DNA of 58,144 nt from an uncultured Verrucomicrobiota bacterium (lineage in GTDB: Bacteria; Verrucomicrobiota; Kiritimatiellia; CAIKKV01), in contig CAYZVY010000002.1 of the NCBI GenBank assembly GCA_964481675.1, positions 1 through 58,144 on the forward strand. The letters run 5' to 3'. Shown one piece after another: positions 34,105-43,344 of this stretch. Numbering within the stretch: the stretch's first letter is position 1; every line of letters begins with the position of its first letter. The notes beneath the pieces are model-generated. The model was not told the DNA's origin. It ran no database searches and was given only the letters and a program-made list of their open reading frames with translations. Both the position numbers and the translations under genes were made by a program.

Positions 34105-35591
34105 GACCTTTTCTCCTTTTTAGGTGTTCCCGCCGGTTCCTTGACTCGCTCGGGCAATCCATCCCGGAGGGCCGTTTCCTCCGGGCCGCCCGGGACGATG
34201 CGACGCGGGGTGATCAGAATGACCAGCTCGCTCTCTTTTTTCTGGTACCGTTCCGACTTGAACAACGCCCCCAGCACGGGGATGCTTCCCAGGCCTGGGA
34301 TCTTGGACACGTCCTCGGAATCCGTATGCCCGATCAGGGCGCCCAGGCTCAGCGTCTGGCCCTGTTTCACATTTACCGAAGTCCGGACGTAGCGCTTGAG
34401 AATGGAAGGATAGGAGGCGATGATCGGCCCCAGGTTGCTGAATTCGATCCCGACCTTGGTCTCGATGTTCCCGAGTCGGTCCACGCGCGGCTCCAGATCC
34501 ATGGCGATCCCGTACTCCACCTCTTCCACCGCCACATCCTGATTCCCGGGCCCGACAGCCACGATATGAAAGGACCCGCCGGCGAAGAAACGGCTTTTCC
34601 CGCCGTCTTCGCATACCAGGTTCTGGGTGTAGAGCAGGCGTGCGTCCCCAGACTGGAGATGGGGCGTCAGCAGCTGAAACAGCTTGGACGTGCCCAGCGA
34701 AACCGAGGAAACACCGTTTCCCCCCGCCAGGGAAGACCACCCGGCCTGGGCGTTCAGGGTTTGGACTCCACCCCAATCCACCCCCATTTCACGCATGGTA
34801 TCGAGCGTGATTTCCACCAGCTGGCACTCCAGCAGAAGCAGCGGCTTTTCCAGAACCACATCCTGCGGCATATCGCCGCCCTTCCAGGGCTTGATGGTCA
34901 GAAAACTGCGGACGGCTGGATGAACCGCCGCAGCCATGCATTCGATGAAGGCCTTTTCGGAATCACTGAACACCATCCCCTGAAGAAACAGCTCCCGGCC
35001 GGAGAAGGAGATTTCGATATTGCCGTTGCCGATGCGGTCCCGGACAGCGGCCACGACGCCGGTCCCATATGCCGGCGAGAGCGTGCTCAGATCCACAAGA
35101 GCATCGCCCATGACGACGCGGGCCTGGGCGAGCCGGTGATACACCTCGCTCGAGGAGATAGAGCCCGTCACACGGACTTTCCCCGTCCCTTCTATCAACG
35201 CCACCGCGAGTTCCGGAAGAGGGCGTCCTTCGGCATCGCACAGCAGCGCCCTGACAGCCGCGTCAACAGGAGCAGCCGCCATGCCCCTTGACACAAAGAC
35301 TTCCAGCCGGTCCCGCTCGATTTCGGCCTCATCGAAGACATACAGCGTGGTGCGGCCTTCCGCCAGGGGCGTCATCCGCAACGCTCCCGGTTCGATTTCC
35401 ACGCCGACGATGCGGTCGCCGCCCGCCGCGAGCTCGGCCCGGTTGACGCCGTAGTCGAGCGGAACCAGGACAGGTTTCCCTGACTGGAGATCGAGGTTGA
35501 GGCGCGTCACGGCAGCCGGGGCAGCCAGGGCGAGCGCCAGGAGCATCGAAGCGGTCATAAGTCCGTGTTTAATCTGTGATATCCTCTTCAT
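34101..35591 (-). CDS. cpaC: Tad pilus secretin (RcpA/CpaC family)
   Basis: Signal peptide. C-terminal secretin domain with [36 protein letters not shown]. Confidence 0.85.
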   Translation of the reverse strand: [496 protein letters not shown]

Positions 35592-35606
35592 GGGCAGTTC
35601 CTTAGG

Positions 35607-36455
35607 TTAAAGAGTTCCGAGTTCGTCGAGGGTCGACCGGGTGGAGGTGCGGATCTTGACCGGCACGCGGGCTCCGAACACCTCGTCGCCTTTCAGGGAC
35701 GGCAGCCGTTCGGGTGGCGGCAGAAGCGCCTCCACCTTTTCATTCCGGCGATTCCGAAGCACGCAGCGGAGATACGCCATCTGGGACGCCAGGCTCAGGC
35801 GCCAGGCCTCGGCCGAGGTCACCTGCACGGTGACATGTACCGTCATCGGAACGGCGGAAATCGGCCGGGATCCGCCGGGCGATTCAGGAAGGCTTTCCGC
35901 CCCAACGGCCCGCTCCCCCATCCGCTGATCGACCGCCAGGACGGAAACAGCCTGGGCGAGCACAAGGGCGTGGCTGCGGGTGGAGTCGGAAGAACTGGCG
36001 GCGGATTCGAAGACGCCGATGATATCGATCCGGTCATGGGGCTGCAGAAGGCCCGCCAGACCGCCTTCCCCGTCGAATTTCAGCGTGATGGCCCGCATGC
36101 CTTCGCCCGGAGAGACGCGCAGCGACAGCATGCCGGCTCCATCCTGGGCGAGCTTGGTGACCAGGATTTGCTCCCCTTTCCGTATGGGGACCTGGACCAT
36201 GCCGCCCGCGGGAGACCAGTCGGCATTGGTCAGCGCCCCGGGTTGAATGAAGGCGGCGGGCGCTTCCGCCGGTTCAGCATCCTGCTCCTCCATGACATGG
36301 CCCGCCAGCATGTCGCGGGCCGCCACCCAGACAACGGTGCGCGACCCGTAAAGCGACGTGATTTCGGCTGTTTTCCGCGATACATGGATCCGGTAAAACA
36401 GCCATGCCATCAAGCTGAGACCCACCGCCACCCAGATCGTCATTTTCCTGTTCAT
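35607..36455 (-). CDS. cpaB: Flp pilus assembly protein CpaB/RcpC (SAF domain)
   Basis: N-terminal TM helix (MTIWVAVGLSLMAWLF), then an SAF-like segment (VWVAARDMLAGHVMEEQD) and a C-terminal RcpC-like domain. GGAGAA RBS. Confidence 0.75.
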   Translation of the reverse strand: MNRKMTIWVAVGLSLMAWLFYRIHVSRKTAEITSLYGSRTVVWVAARDMLAGHVMEEQDAEPAEAPAAFIQPGALTNADWSPAGGMVQVPIRKGEQILVTKLAQDGAGMLSLRVSPGEGMRAITLKFDGEGGLAGLLQPHDRIDIIGVFESAASSSDSTRSHALVLAQAVSVLAVDQRMGERAVGAESLPESPGGSRPISAVPMTVHVTVQVTSAEAWRLSLASQMAYLRCVLRNRRNEKVEALLPPPERLPSLKGDEVFGARVPVKIRTSTRSTLDELGTL

Positions 36456-36473
36456 CGCATTCTCCTTTTCGTC

Positions 36474-36824
36474 CTACCAGTTCTCTCCGAAACCGCTGCC
36501 GGTTCCGACCCAATATCGCCGCTTCAAGGTGAGGGAAAAATCCTGACCGTCCGGCAAGCGACGCCATTCGGGCCCCGCCGTGATGTGGACGGTCGACACA
36601 ACAGGAATGATGCGGAAATCAGGGACCAGATTTTCCGCCATCGCGGTTGAAACAACGGTTTCCTGCGCGGCAAACTGAAGCCGCCGACTGGCAAGGTCAA
36701 CCCGGGCCAATTGCGCCAGCGCCAGTATCGAGGGGATCCCGATGACGATAAGGGCGGCCGCCAATTCAAGCGTGACGCCCCCGCGCTTGCGGGCTTCTCC
36801 AGTGGCTGTGAAAGGCGTTACCAT
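36474..36824 (-). CDS. TadE-like pseudopilin
   Basis: 116 aa. KRGGVTLELAAALIVIGIPSILAL matches the TadE N-terminal G-x-x-x-(V/L)E plus hydrophobic helix pattern. Confidence 0.6.
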   Translation of the reverse strand: MVTPFTATGEARKRGGVTLELAAALIVIGIPSILALAQLARVDLASRRLQFAAQETVVSTAMAENLVPDFRIIPVVSTVHITAGPEWRRLPDGQDFSLTLKRRYWVGTGSGFGENW

Positions 36825-37654
36825 TCGTACCCCCAGGAATCGGGAATGGACGGTTGCGGAAAAACCGAACCCGTGCGCACCAGTTTGACGCGATATTGGG
36901 GATCGGCCTGTTCATCCGCCCACAGGGTGCCGCCGGCGGGCTTGGCCGTGGCGTAAGCGCGCAGATTGCGGACATCGCCCGGACCTTCGTCGGGCGTCCA
37001 ATCGAACAGCCACGGAAACGAGGGACGCCGGACCCGAGCCGTGAAGAAGATCGTATCCCGGTTAAACAGCTTGCGAAAAACGGTGGATTTCACCTCTCGT
37101 CCGGGATCATAGAGAATGACGTCGCCGTAAGGTGTTGGCTGATGGAAAAAGAATCCGAACCGGGTGCGTGTGCCGGTCGCCGGGATAAGATGGCCGAGTC
37201 CCCAGGCGGGCGGCACGTAAGCTTTGACTTCGGCATGGGGCTCATTGCGTCGCGTCACCTCTTCCGCCGTGTGACGGGCATTCTTTACGGCATCCAGGCT
37301 GACCTTCTGCTGGTTAACCAGGTTGACCACGTTATAGGTCTTGTATCCGATTTCCGCGGAACGAGCCACGATCTGCCCGACTTCATGCGAGGGATAAACC
37401 ACCGCCTTAACGGCGAGAGCCGTCCGTGAGAGCGTCTTGGCGGCCTCTGTATTCATGCGGGCGATGCGATTCAAGCCGCGCGCCTGCTGGACGGCCCCGG
37501 AGAAGGCCGCGGCATCCGCGCAAACCTGAAGATGCGCGCGCTCCTGAAGAAGTTGGCTGACATTCAGGGAGAGGCCGAAAAAGACGGACACGGCAACCAT
37601 CAGAAACATGAAGATGACCGTGATGCGCCCCGAACGATATCGCTTAGAGATCAT
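36818..37654 (-). CDS. TadG-like (Tad-locus pseudopilin/anchor-like) protein
   Basis: 278 aa. RSGRITVIFMFLMVAVSVFFGLSLNVSQL N-terminal helix, as in TadG/pilus assembly N-terminal domains. GGGAGGAG RBS. Confidence 0.55.
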   Translation of the reverse strand: MISKRYRSGRITVIFMFLMVAVSVFFGLSLNVSQLLQERAHLQVCADAAAFSGAVQQARGLNRIARMNTEAAKTLSRTALAVKAVVYPSHEVGQIVARSAEIGYKTYNVVNLVNQQKVSLDAVKNARHTAEEVTRRNEPHAEVKAYVPPAWGLGHLIPATGTRTRFGFFFHQPTPYGDVILYDPGREVKSTVFRKLFNRDTIFFTARVRRPSFPWLFDWTPDEGPGDVRNLRAYATAKPAGGTLWADEQADPQYRVKLVRTGSVFPQPSIPDSWGYEW

Positions 37655-38090
37655 TGTCTCCTCCCATGGCGGGTGTCATGCCGGCAGCCGTGACCGTGAC
37701 ATTGGCGCCAGCCCGGTTCTGATGATAAAGCCGGCCGGCTGCGCCGGGAATCAGCGACACGAACCGGTCGCGAACCGTCACGCGGCAGCGGCCGGGGTAA
37801 CCGGGAACAAAATCCGCCGAAACAGCCGGCGTCCCGGGCATCGTAAAAGCTCGATAGTCGACCCGGACCTGCTTCTCGGCCGCGGCGGCTTTGCCGCTGA
37901 TGGCACAACGGCGGGCCGCTGAAAAAGCGGAATAGGATTGGCCGACCGACCGGTAAAACAGGTAGCCGACGGATAACAGGGATGCGGCCATCACGGCTAA
38001 AAAGGGCAGGAGGAGCGTGAATTCCACGGTCGACATTCCCGAACGATCCCTGCGCTTTTGTTGTTGATCGTTTTGACTATGGGTATTCAC
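37644..38090 (-). CDS. TadE-like pseudopilin
   Basis: GTG start with a GGAGGAG RBS. RRDRSGMSTVEFTLLLPFLAVMAASLL is a canonical TadE N-terminus. Confidence 0.7.
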   Translation of the reverse strand: MNTHSQNDQQQKRRDRSGMSTVEFTLLLPFLAVMAASLLSVGYLFYRSVGQSYSAFSAARRCAISGKAAAAEKQVRVDYRAFTMPGTPAVSADFVPGYPGRCRVTVRDRFVSLIPGAAGRLYHQNRAGANVTVTAAGMTPAMGGDNDL

Positions 38091-38133
38091 TGTTGCTCCT
38101 CCTGCTGTGGTATGTTGTTGTTCCCCCTTTCCT

Positions 38134-38376
38134 TTAGAGACCCAGGTTCGACGCGATCTTGTCGAACGCGCGGCCCATCAGGTCGTTCAGTTTCGGATTC
38201 AGAATCGTCGCGACGCCGACCACGGCGCCCACCACCACCACGGTCAGGGCAATGGTTTCAACCGTGCTCAGCCCCCTCTTGTCCCGGCGGGGCATCCAGC
38301 CCTCCAACCGAACGCCCAGCTTCAGCCCCGCCGTCTCCACCGCCTCGAACCCGCGCTTGATCATCCCGCTCTTCAT
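38134..38376 (-). CDS. flp: Flp/Fap-family pilin precursor
   Basis: RRDKRGLSTVETIALTVVVVGAVVGVATIL is the Flp G/xxxxE motif plus a hydrophobic helix. The start is ambiguous: ATG 38376 (AAGGAGG plus 6 nt, 80 aa) or ATG 38295 (GGAGGG plus 4 nt, 53 aa). Confidence 0.65.
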   Translation of the reverse strand: MKSGMIKRGFEAVETAGLKLGVRLEGWMPRRDKRGLSTVETIALTVVVVGAVVGVATILNPKLNDLMGRAFDKIASNLGL

Positions 38377-38668
38377 CTCCATCCTCCTTGTTTCGCCTCC
38401 GTCTTCCGGGGAACTCCACTGTGGCTTTCCTCTCGGTTTCATCGGCGGCATCCCCTAAAGCAGGCCCCGTGCCAAGCCTGAAAATGCCTTGATTTTGCTG
38501 ATTATTGCTCCTTTTTTCGGAAATAGTGTTCGGCCTTAGGACAGGAAGTGTCCTGATTCCGGACAGGAGCAGACTGGCGCCGGAAAAGATCCCGTATATC
38601 CGCCATGGCGGGGCTTCTGTGGCAGACCCCGGTGAGGGCGATAACGGCGTGGCGCTTGCCCGGCGGTT

Positions 38669-38693
38669 ACGCGGCCAGCGGCCGCGTCCACAG
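38669..38693. repeat. 25-nt GC-rich hairpin element, copy B
   Basis: Identical to 23647-23671. It is followed by a direct repeat of CCACAGAAGA (2 copies within 35 nt). Confidence 0.8.
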
Positions 38694-38794
38694 AAGAGGC
38701 TGCGTCTCCCACAGAAGAACCTGCATGGCCTAATCCCCGCTTGGCAAACCCCCTGTGAGGGACTAGGATGGTGGCCGTTAACCGGAGGATGCCG

Positions 38795-40189
38795 ATGTAC
38801 CTGAAGCGCGTTGCCGTTTTTGCCGCTGCGGCGGTTGCCCTGTCACTCGTGAACCAGGCCGGAGCCCAGCAATGGCCGCCGGAGTTGCCGGGCGCCGTCA
38901 AGGGGACGGTGACGATCCGGACCGACGACTTCCTGAAGATTCCGCCGGACGTGGCCACGCTGCGGACTAACGCCAACTGCGCCCCGTTCGAGATGGCGAA
39001 GACCGCGCCCGTGGTGGAGCTGGCCTACCACACGGGCCTGCCCAACCCCGCGCTGAACGGCACGGGCTGGTCGGCCTGGGGCGACATCGGCGTGGGCTCC
39101 AATGGCGTCGTCTATTCGGGCACGGGCGACCACGGCAACAACGAGACGGGCGCCTACTGCTTCGTCTACGCCTGGGATCCGGCCGCGAAGGAACTCAAGC
39201 AAATCCTCGACGTCAACGCCGTTTCCAAGCACCAGCCGGGCGACGTCTACTGGTCCAAGGTCCACGCCGGCATCCTGGAAGGGGCCGACGGCATGATCTA
39301 CGTCATCACCACGCTCAACGACGGCGGCACGGCCTTCGAGCACAAATGGACCGCCAACGTGCCGGGCAGCCCGATCTTCCGCTACGACCCCGGAACCGGC
39401 AAGACGGATCTCGCGGGCCATCTCCCCGCCCAGTGCACGGCCACCACGCTGATGGACAAGCAACGCAACATCCTCTACATGATGCTGGAGGGCAAGTTCG
39501 CCAAGGCGGTGGCGCTGGCGGCCTTCGACCTGACCAGCCGCCAGTTCGTCTACACCAGCCCCTACGACGCGGTGACCCAGGACCGCAACATGGCGCTGGC
39601 GAAGAACGGGTGCGTCTACTTCAACGGCAAGGGCGGCCTCTGGAAATACGATCCCGCGAAAAAGGAGATCAAGGCCACGCGCATGGTGTTCGCGGGCGGC
39701 GCGTGCATGCGCTCCTCCGCCGCCGAATCGCCCGACGGCTGGATCTACGGCTCTACGTTTGGCGGCGACAAGACGGTCCAGCAGTCGATCTTCCGCTTCT
39801 CACCCGCCTCCGAGAAACTGGAGATGCTGGGGCCCGACTTCCTGGACGGCGACTACACGACCGTCTGCGCGCTCTCCTCCGACGGCCAGTACCTGTATTT
39901 CCTGCCGGGCGCCCACGGCAGCTCGCTGAAGATCGGCACGCCGGTGGTGCAGTACAACGTCAAGACCGGCAAGCGCAAGGTGCTGGCCTTCCTCCAGGAC
40001 GCCGTCCTGGGCAAGACCGGCTATGTGCCCTGCGGCACCTACGGCGTCAAGCTGAGCGCCGACAACGCCACGCTCTACGTCAACCTGAACGGCCACGCCG
40101 ACGAAAAGCATCGCCTGCCCAAAATGCCTTCCAACGGATTCGGCCTCACGGCCTTTATGGCCCTCCATATTCCCGTTTCGGAGCGTTAA
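38795..40189 (+). CDS. Secreted beta-propeller-like protein of unknown function
   Basis: Start MYLKRVAVFAAAAVALSLVNQAGA (GGAGG plus 6 nt). It has repeated G-x-(I/V)-Y strands (NGVVYSGTGDHG, DGMIYVITT, NGCVYFNGKGG, DGWIYGSTFGG, DGQYLYFLPG). Confidence 0.65.
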   Translation: MYLKRVAVFAAAAVALSLVNQAGAQQWPPELPGAVKGTVTIRTDDFLKIPPDVATLRTNANCAPFEMAKTAPVVELAYHTGLPNPALNGTGWSAWGDIGVGSNGVVYSGTGDHGNNETGAYCFVYAWDPAAKELKQILDVNAVSKHQPGDVYWSKVHAGILEGADGMIYVITTLNDGGTAFEHKWTANVPGSPIFRYDPGTGKTDLAGHLPAQCTATTLMDKQRNILYMMLEGKFAKAVALAAFDLTSRQFVYTSPYDAVTQDRNMALAKNGCVYFNGKGGLWKYDPAKKEIKATRMVFAGGACMRSSAAESPDGWIYGSTFGGDKTVQQSIFRFSPASEKLEMLGPDFLDGDYTTVCALSSDGQYLYFLPGAHGSSLKIGTPVVQYNVKTGKRKVLAFLQDAVLGKTGYVPCGTYGVKLSADNATLYVNLNGHADEKHRLPKMPSNGFGLTAFMALHIPVSER

Positions 40190-40219
40190 ACTATCCGGGC
40201 TGACCCGTTCCCCCTGGCA

Positions 40220-40256
40220 AAACGTCCGCCCTTTCCCGGGCGGACGTTTCTTTTGG
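40220..40256 (+). terminator. Rho-independent terminator
   Basis: 12-bp stem AAACGTCCGCCC/GGGCGGACGTTT with a 6-nt loop, followed by TCTTTTGGG. It starts 31 nt after the stop at 40189. Confidence 0.7.
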
Positions 40257-40262
40257 GCAGGA

Positions 40263-40290
40263 TTGCATTTCCTCCCCGGTCTTCTATAAT
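40263..40290 (+). promoter_or_regulatory. Sigma-70-like promoter for the 40330 gene
   Basis: TTGCAT, a 16-nt spacer, then TATAAT, read directly. Confidence 0.55.
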
Positions 40291-40329
40291 GCCGTCATGG
40301 CTTGGGGTATTCCCCGGTCAGGAGGGCCT

Positions 40330-42969
40330 ATGTCGCCACATCTTTTTCCGGTCCGGTTGGCAGTCGTTTTTCTATTTGCGCTCGGCCTCGCAGTCCGCGC
40401 CCCCGCCACCGATTTCTGGACCGGCGCCGGCGGAAACGACAACTGGTCCACCCCCGGAAACTGGCAGGACGGCACCGTGCCCGCCAACCCGGACTCCACC
40501 ACGATCTACTTCACCCAGGCCGATGCGGGCAACACCAATGTCGTCGACCATGACTGGAACATCCGCTACCTGGTCTACAGCAACCAGTTTTCCCGGCACA
40601 CTCTCGACCTGGGCGGCAACAAACTGGTCGCCCAAGGGTCACTGATCGCGGGACGCGACACCACCAATTGCGGGGTCACCATCCAGAACGGCACCCTGCA
40701 ACTGGGAACCGGCACGATGTCCTGCGTCATCTATGTCGGCAACAAGACGATCTCCTATTTGGGCATCACCAACAACAGCCTGACGATCAGCTGCACCGTG
40801 GCGGTCTCCAACGCCAACAACATCCAGGTGGGGTACGGCACGCCGACCGATGCTAACGGCGTCTCGGGCCTTCTGGATCTCTCCGGCGCCACCATCAGCA
40901 CGCGCGACATTCCGAATGTCCTCATCGTCAGCAATGTCTACGTCTCCTTCCGCTCCACAAATCCAAGCGTCCTGAAATTGCCTCCCAGCCTGACCGTCTT
41001 TGAAGTGAACGGCCTCTTGGCCCTCGGCTATTACGGCTTCAATCCGGGGCCGTCCGGAACGCTGGACTTTGGCGACCATTCAAGCCTGACTAACTTCCGG
41101 GTGCGCGGCGACTTCCTGATGGGCGATTACAGTTCCACCGGCATCCTGACGAATCTCCCATCACAGGTTCACCTTGAAATCGGGCTGCCAAACGCGCCGA
41201 AAAAAATGTACATCTCCAATCACACCGGCCGCCAAGCCACCGGAACGGAAGCCAAGCTGAAACTGAGCCAGGGCCGCCTGACCGCCTATCTCAGCGAACT
41301 GTTCGTGGGCGCGGCCCATACCGAGGGCGAAGGAACGAGCACGGGCCTCCTGGACCTGGCCTCCTCGTCCGTCCAGATCGGAGCGGAGCCGAACAAGATC
41401 AGGGGAGTCGACACCTTCAAAATCTGCCACGGCCAGTCCGCCTACGGCCTGCTGCGCCTTCCCTCCAACATCACGGAGATTTCAGTCGGCGCCTTCATTT
41501 TCGGCCGCGGTTCCCGATTCAGGGCTGCCGGCGGCTCCGAATATGAAGCCCGGGGATACCTCGACATCGGCTCCAACTCGGCCCTGCGCTCCATCACCGC
41601 CACCAACGGCTTTTACTGGTCCACGGAAAACGGCAACGCCCACCTCGGCTATACGGACGACGCGGGGCAGTTTATCGAATATACCCCCACCGGCCTGACG
41701 CTGACCGTGGGCGGCCCCTCCGCGCCCGTCCCGTTCCACGTGGCGGGAGGCGGCACCTACTACTGGGCCCCGTGCACGACAGGCACCCTCGTCCTGGCGC
41801 AAGCCACCGTGTTCGCCTGGCTTACCGACCTGTGCGTCGGTTTCACCTCGGATTCGGCCGCCCTCCACAAATACGGATTCCCCCAGGGACTCCTCGACCT
41901 GAGCCAGGCCACCCTCGTCAGCAACGGCGCCACCAACACCGTGCAAGCCGACCGCCTGATCGTCGGCGGCGCCATGCAGCCAGGCTCCGCCGGCGGCAAC
42001 GGCAAGCTGCTGCTTTCTCCCGCCATCACCAACGTCAACGTGGGCCAGGTTCAGGTCGGTTGCGGCGGAAACATCAACGCCACCGGCGGGGACGGCTGGC
42101 TGGACTTCGGAACCGGCAGCCAGCTGAAAAACATCACCGTGAGCCGGGACTTCTGGATGGGGGCCTATAACGGCGCCACCGGACGACTGGTGAACCTGCC
42201 GACCAGCAACTGGACCTTCACCGTGGGCAGCCCGTCCAGCCGCGGCTCGATCGTTCTCGGCCATCACGACACCCTCGATTACGGCAAGAAAGGCGTGGGC
42301 GATTTCTCCCCCACCGGCGCCACGTTCCAGGCCTGGTTGACCAATCTCTGGATCGGCGCCTCCGTTAACACGAACGTCCAGGGCGGCACCTGGGGAAGGC
42401 TCGACCTCTCCGCCTGCATCCTCTCCAACCTCGACGTGGACGGGAGCGTGGTCGTCGGCATGGGCTCCAACACCTATTCCGGCAGTAAAAACCTGGGCCG
42501 GCTGATCCTGCCCGCAGGAGCCGTCACCGCGGGCCGGCTCCAGGTCGGAAATCTCAACACCACCAACACCTACGGCCTGGTCGAACTGGACGGCACCCGC
42601 TTCGCCATCACCAGCCAGTGCGCCATCCTTTCCTCCGGCGCCGTCACCAGCCACATCGCCGGCGTTTCCGCGGGACTCGACATCCGAAGCACCCACGACA
42701 GCGCGCTGGCCATTTCGGGCCTGGGCCGCCTGCACCTCGATTTCACGGCCGATCCGCTCGACGTTGGCGCCGCCGCCTGGGGCCTGCGCTGGGCGGGCGA
42801 CCACCGGAGCGCCCTGGAGTCGATGACCAACTCAAAAGCCATCACGTGGAACACCACCGCCCTTTCCAGTCCCTTCCTCAAACGCTTCGGAATCCACTAC
42901 GACCAGAAGGATACGTTCATCGGCATCAGACGGTCCCAGACCTTCGGAGCCCTCATCCTTGTCTATTAG
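40330..42969 (+). CDS. Large secreted repeat protein (autotransporter-associated beta-strand-repeat/beta-helix-like, adhesin-like)
   Basis: Start MSPHLFPVRLAVVFLFALGLAVRAPA (AGGAGGG RBS). The N-terminal motif is DFWTGAGGNDNWSTPGNWQDGTVP. It has recurring LLDLS-x-A modules and an internal duplication. Confidence 0.7.
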   Translation: MSPHLFPVRLAVVFLFALGLAVRAPATDFWTGAGGNDNWSTPGNWQDGTVPANPDSTTIYFTQADAGNTNVVDHDWNIRYLVYSNQFSRHTLDLGGNKLVAQGSLIAGRDTTNCGVTIQNGTLQLGTGTMSCVIYVGNKTISYLGITNNSLTISCTVAVSNANNIQVGYGTPTDANGVSGLLDLSGATISTRDIPNVLIVSNVYVSFRSTNPSVLKLPPSLTVFEVNGLLALGYYGFNPGPSGTLDFGDHSSLTNFRVRGDFLMGDYSSTGILTNLPSQVHLEIGLPNAPKKMYISNHTGRQATGTEAKLKLSQGRLTAYLSELFVGAAHTEGEGTSTGLLDLASSSVQIGAEPNKIRGVDTFKICHGQSAYGLLRLPSNITEISVGAFIFGRGSRFRAAGGSEYEARGYLDIGSNSALRSITATNGFYWSTENGNAHLGYTDDAGQFIEYTPTGLTLTVGGPSAPVPFHVAGGGTYYWAPCTTGTLVLAQATVFAWLTDLCVGFTSDSAALHKYGFPQGLLDLSQATLVSNGATNTVQADRLIVGGAMQPGSAGGNGKLLLSPAITNVNVGQVQVGCGGNINATGGDGWLDFGTGSQLKNITVSRDFWMGAYNGATGRLVNLPTSNWTFTVGSPSSRGSIVLGHHDTLDYGKKGVGDFSPTGATFQAWLTNLWIGASVNTNVQGGTWGRLDLSACILSNLDVDGSVVVGMGSNTYSGSKNLGRLILPAGAVTAGRLQVGNLNTTNTYGLVELDGTRFAITSQCAILSSGAVTSHIAGVSAGLDIRSTHDSALAISGLGRLHLDFTADPLDVGAAAWGLRWAGDHRSALESMTNSKAITWNTTALSSPFLKRFGIHYDQKDTFIGIRRSQTFGALILVY

Positions 42970-43344
42970 CCATTTTGTCGCTCTCCATAGACCTTTTGAC
43001 CCGCCCGCTCCTGTCGATGGCCGTATACATCGATCTGTATGACGTGTTCACTCCTTGGCATGGCTGATGCTATATATGGGCTGGGAGCTGATAACCCAGA
43101 AAGATCCTATCAAGAAACGATGCTCCCTAAAAACAGGAGGAACGACAGGGACAAACAAAAACCGGTTATCAAACGGAACGCCTAGCTGGCTGTTTCCACC
43201 GGGTGATCCCGCTTCCGGCCGAAGGCGATATCGGAAAAGCTGAATGACGAAAAGACGTTTTGACCGTGACAATGCCGAAAACGGAAGAACCCGGAAGATA
43301 CATTGCAGTCGAAACAAGTTGAACCATAGTTAATCTCCCCTTCT

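Noticed and set aside
41482-42804. 440-aa minus-strand ORF
   Set aside because: It is antisense to the large secreted repeat protein, and is Gly/Ala/Val/Asp-rich without motifs.
43190-43240. Motif resembling the SRP-RNA domain IV (CCGGAAG..) on the minus strand
   Set aside because: It matches only a few nucleotides. The conserved GGAAGCAGCC context and the flanking helices are not present.
43048-43317. 89-aa minus-strand and 62-aa plus-strand ORFs in the low-GC gap
   Set aside because: No convincing RBS at their starts, and the composition is unlike the neighbouring genes. I treat the region as non-coding RNA or UTR. Only the shorter 43169-43327 sub-ORF with an RBS was kept, as a low-probability note in a finding.
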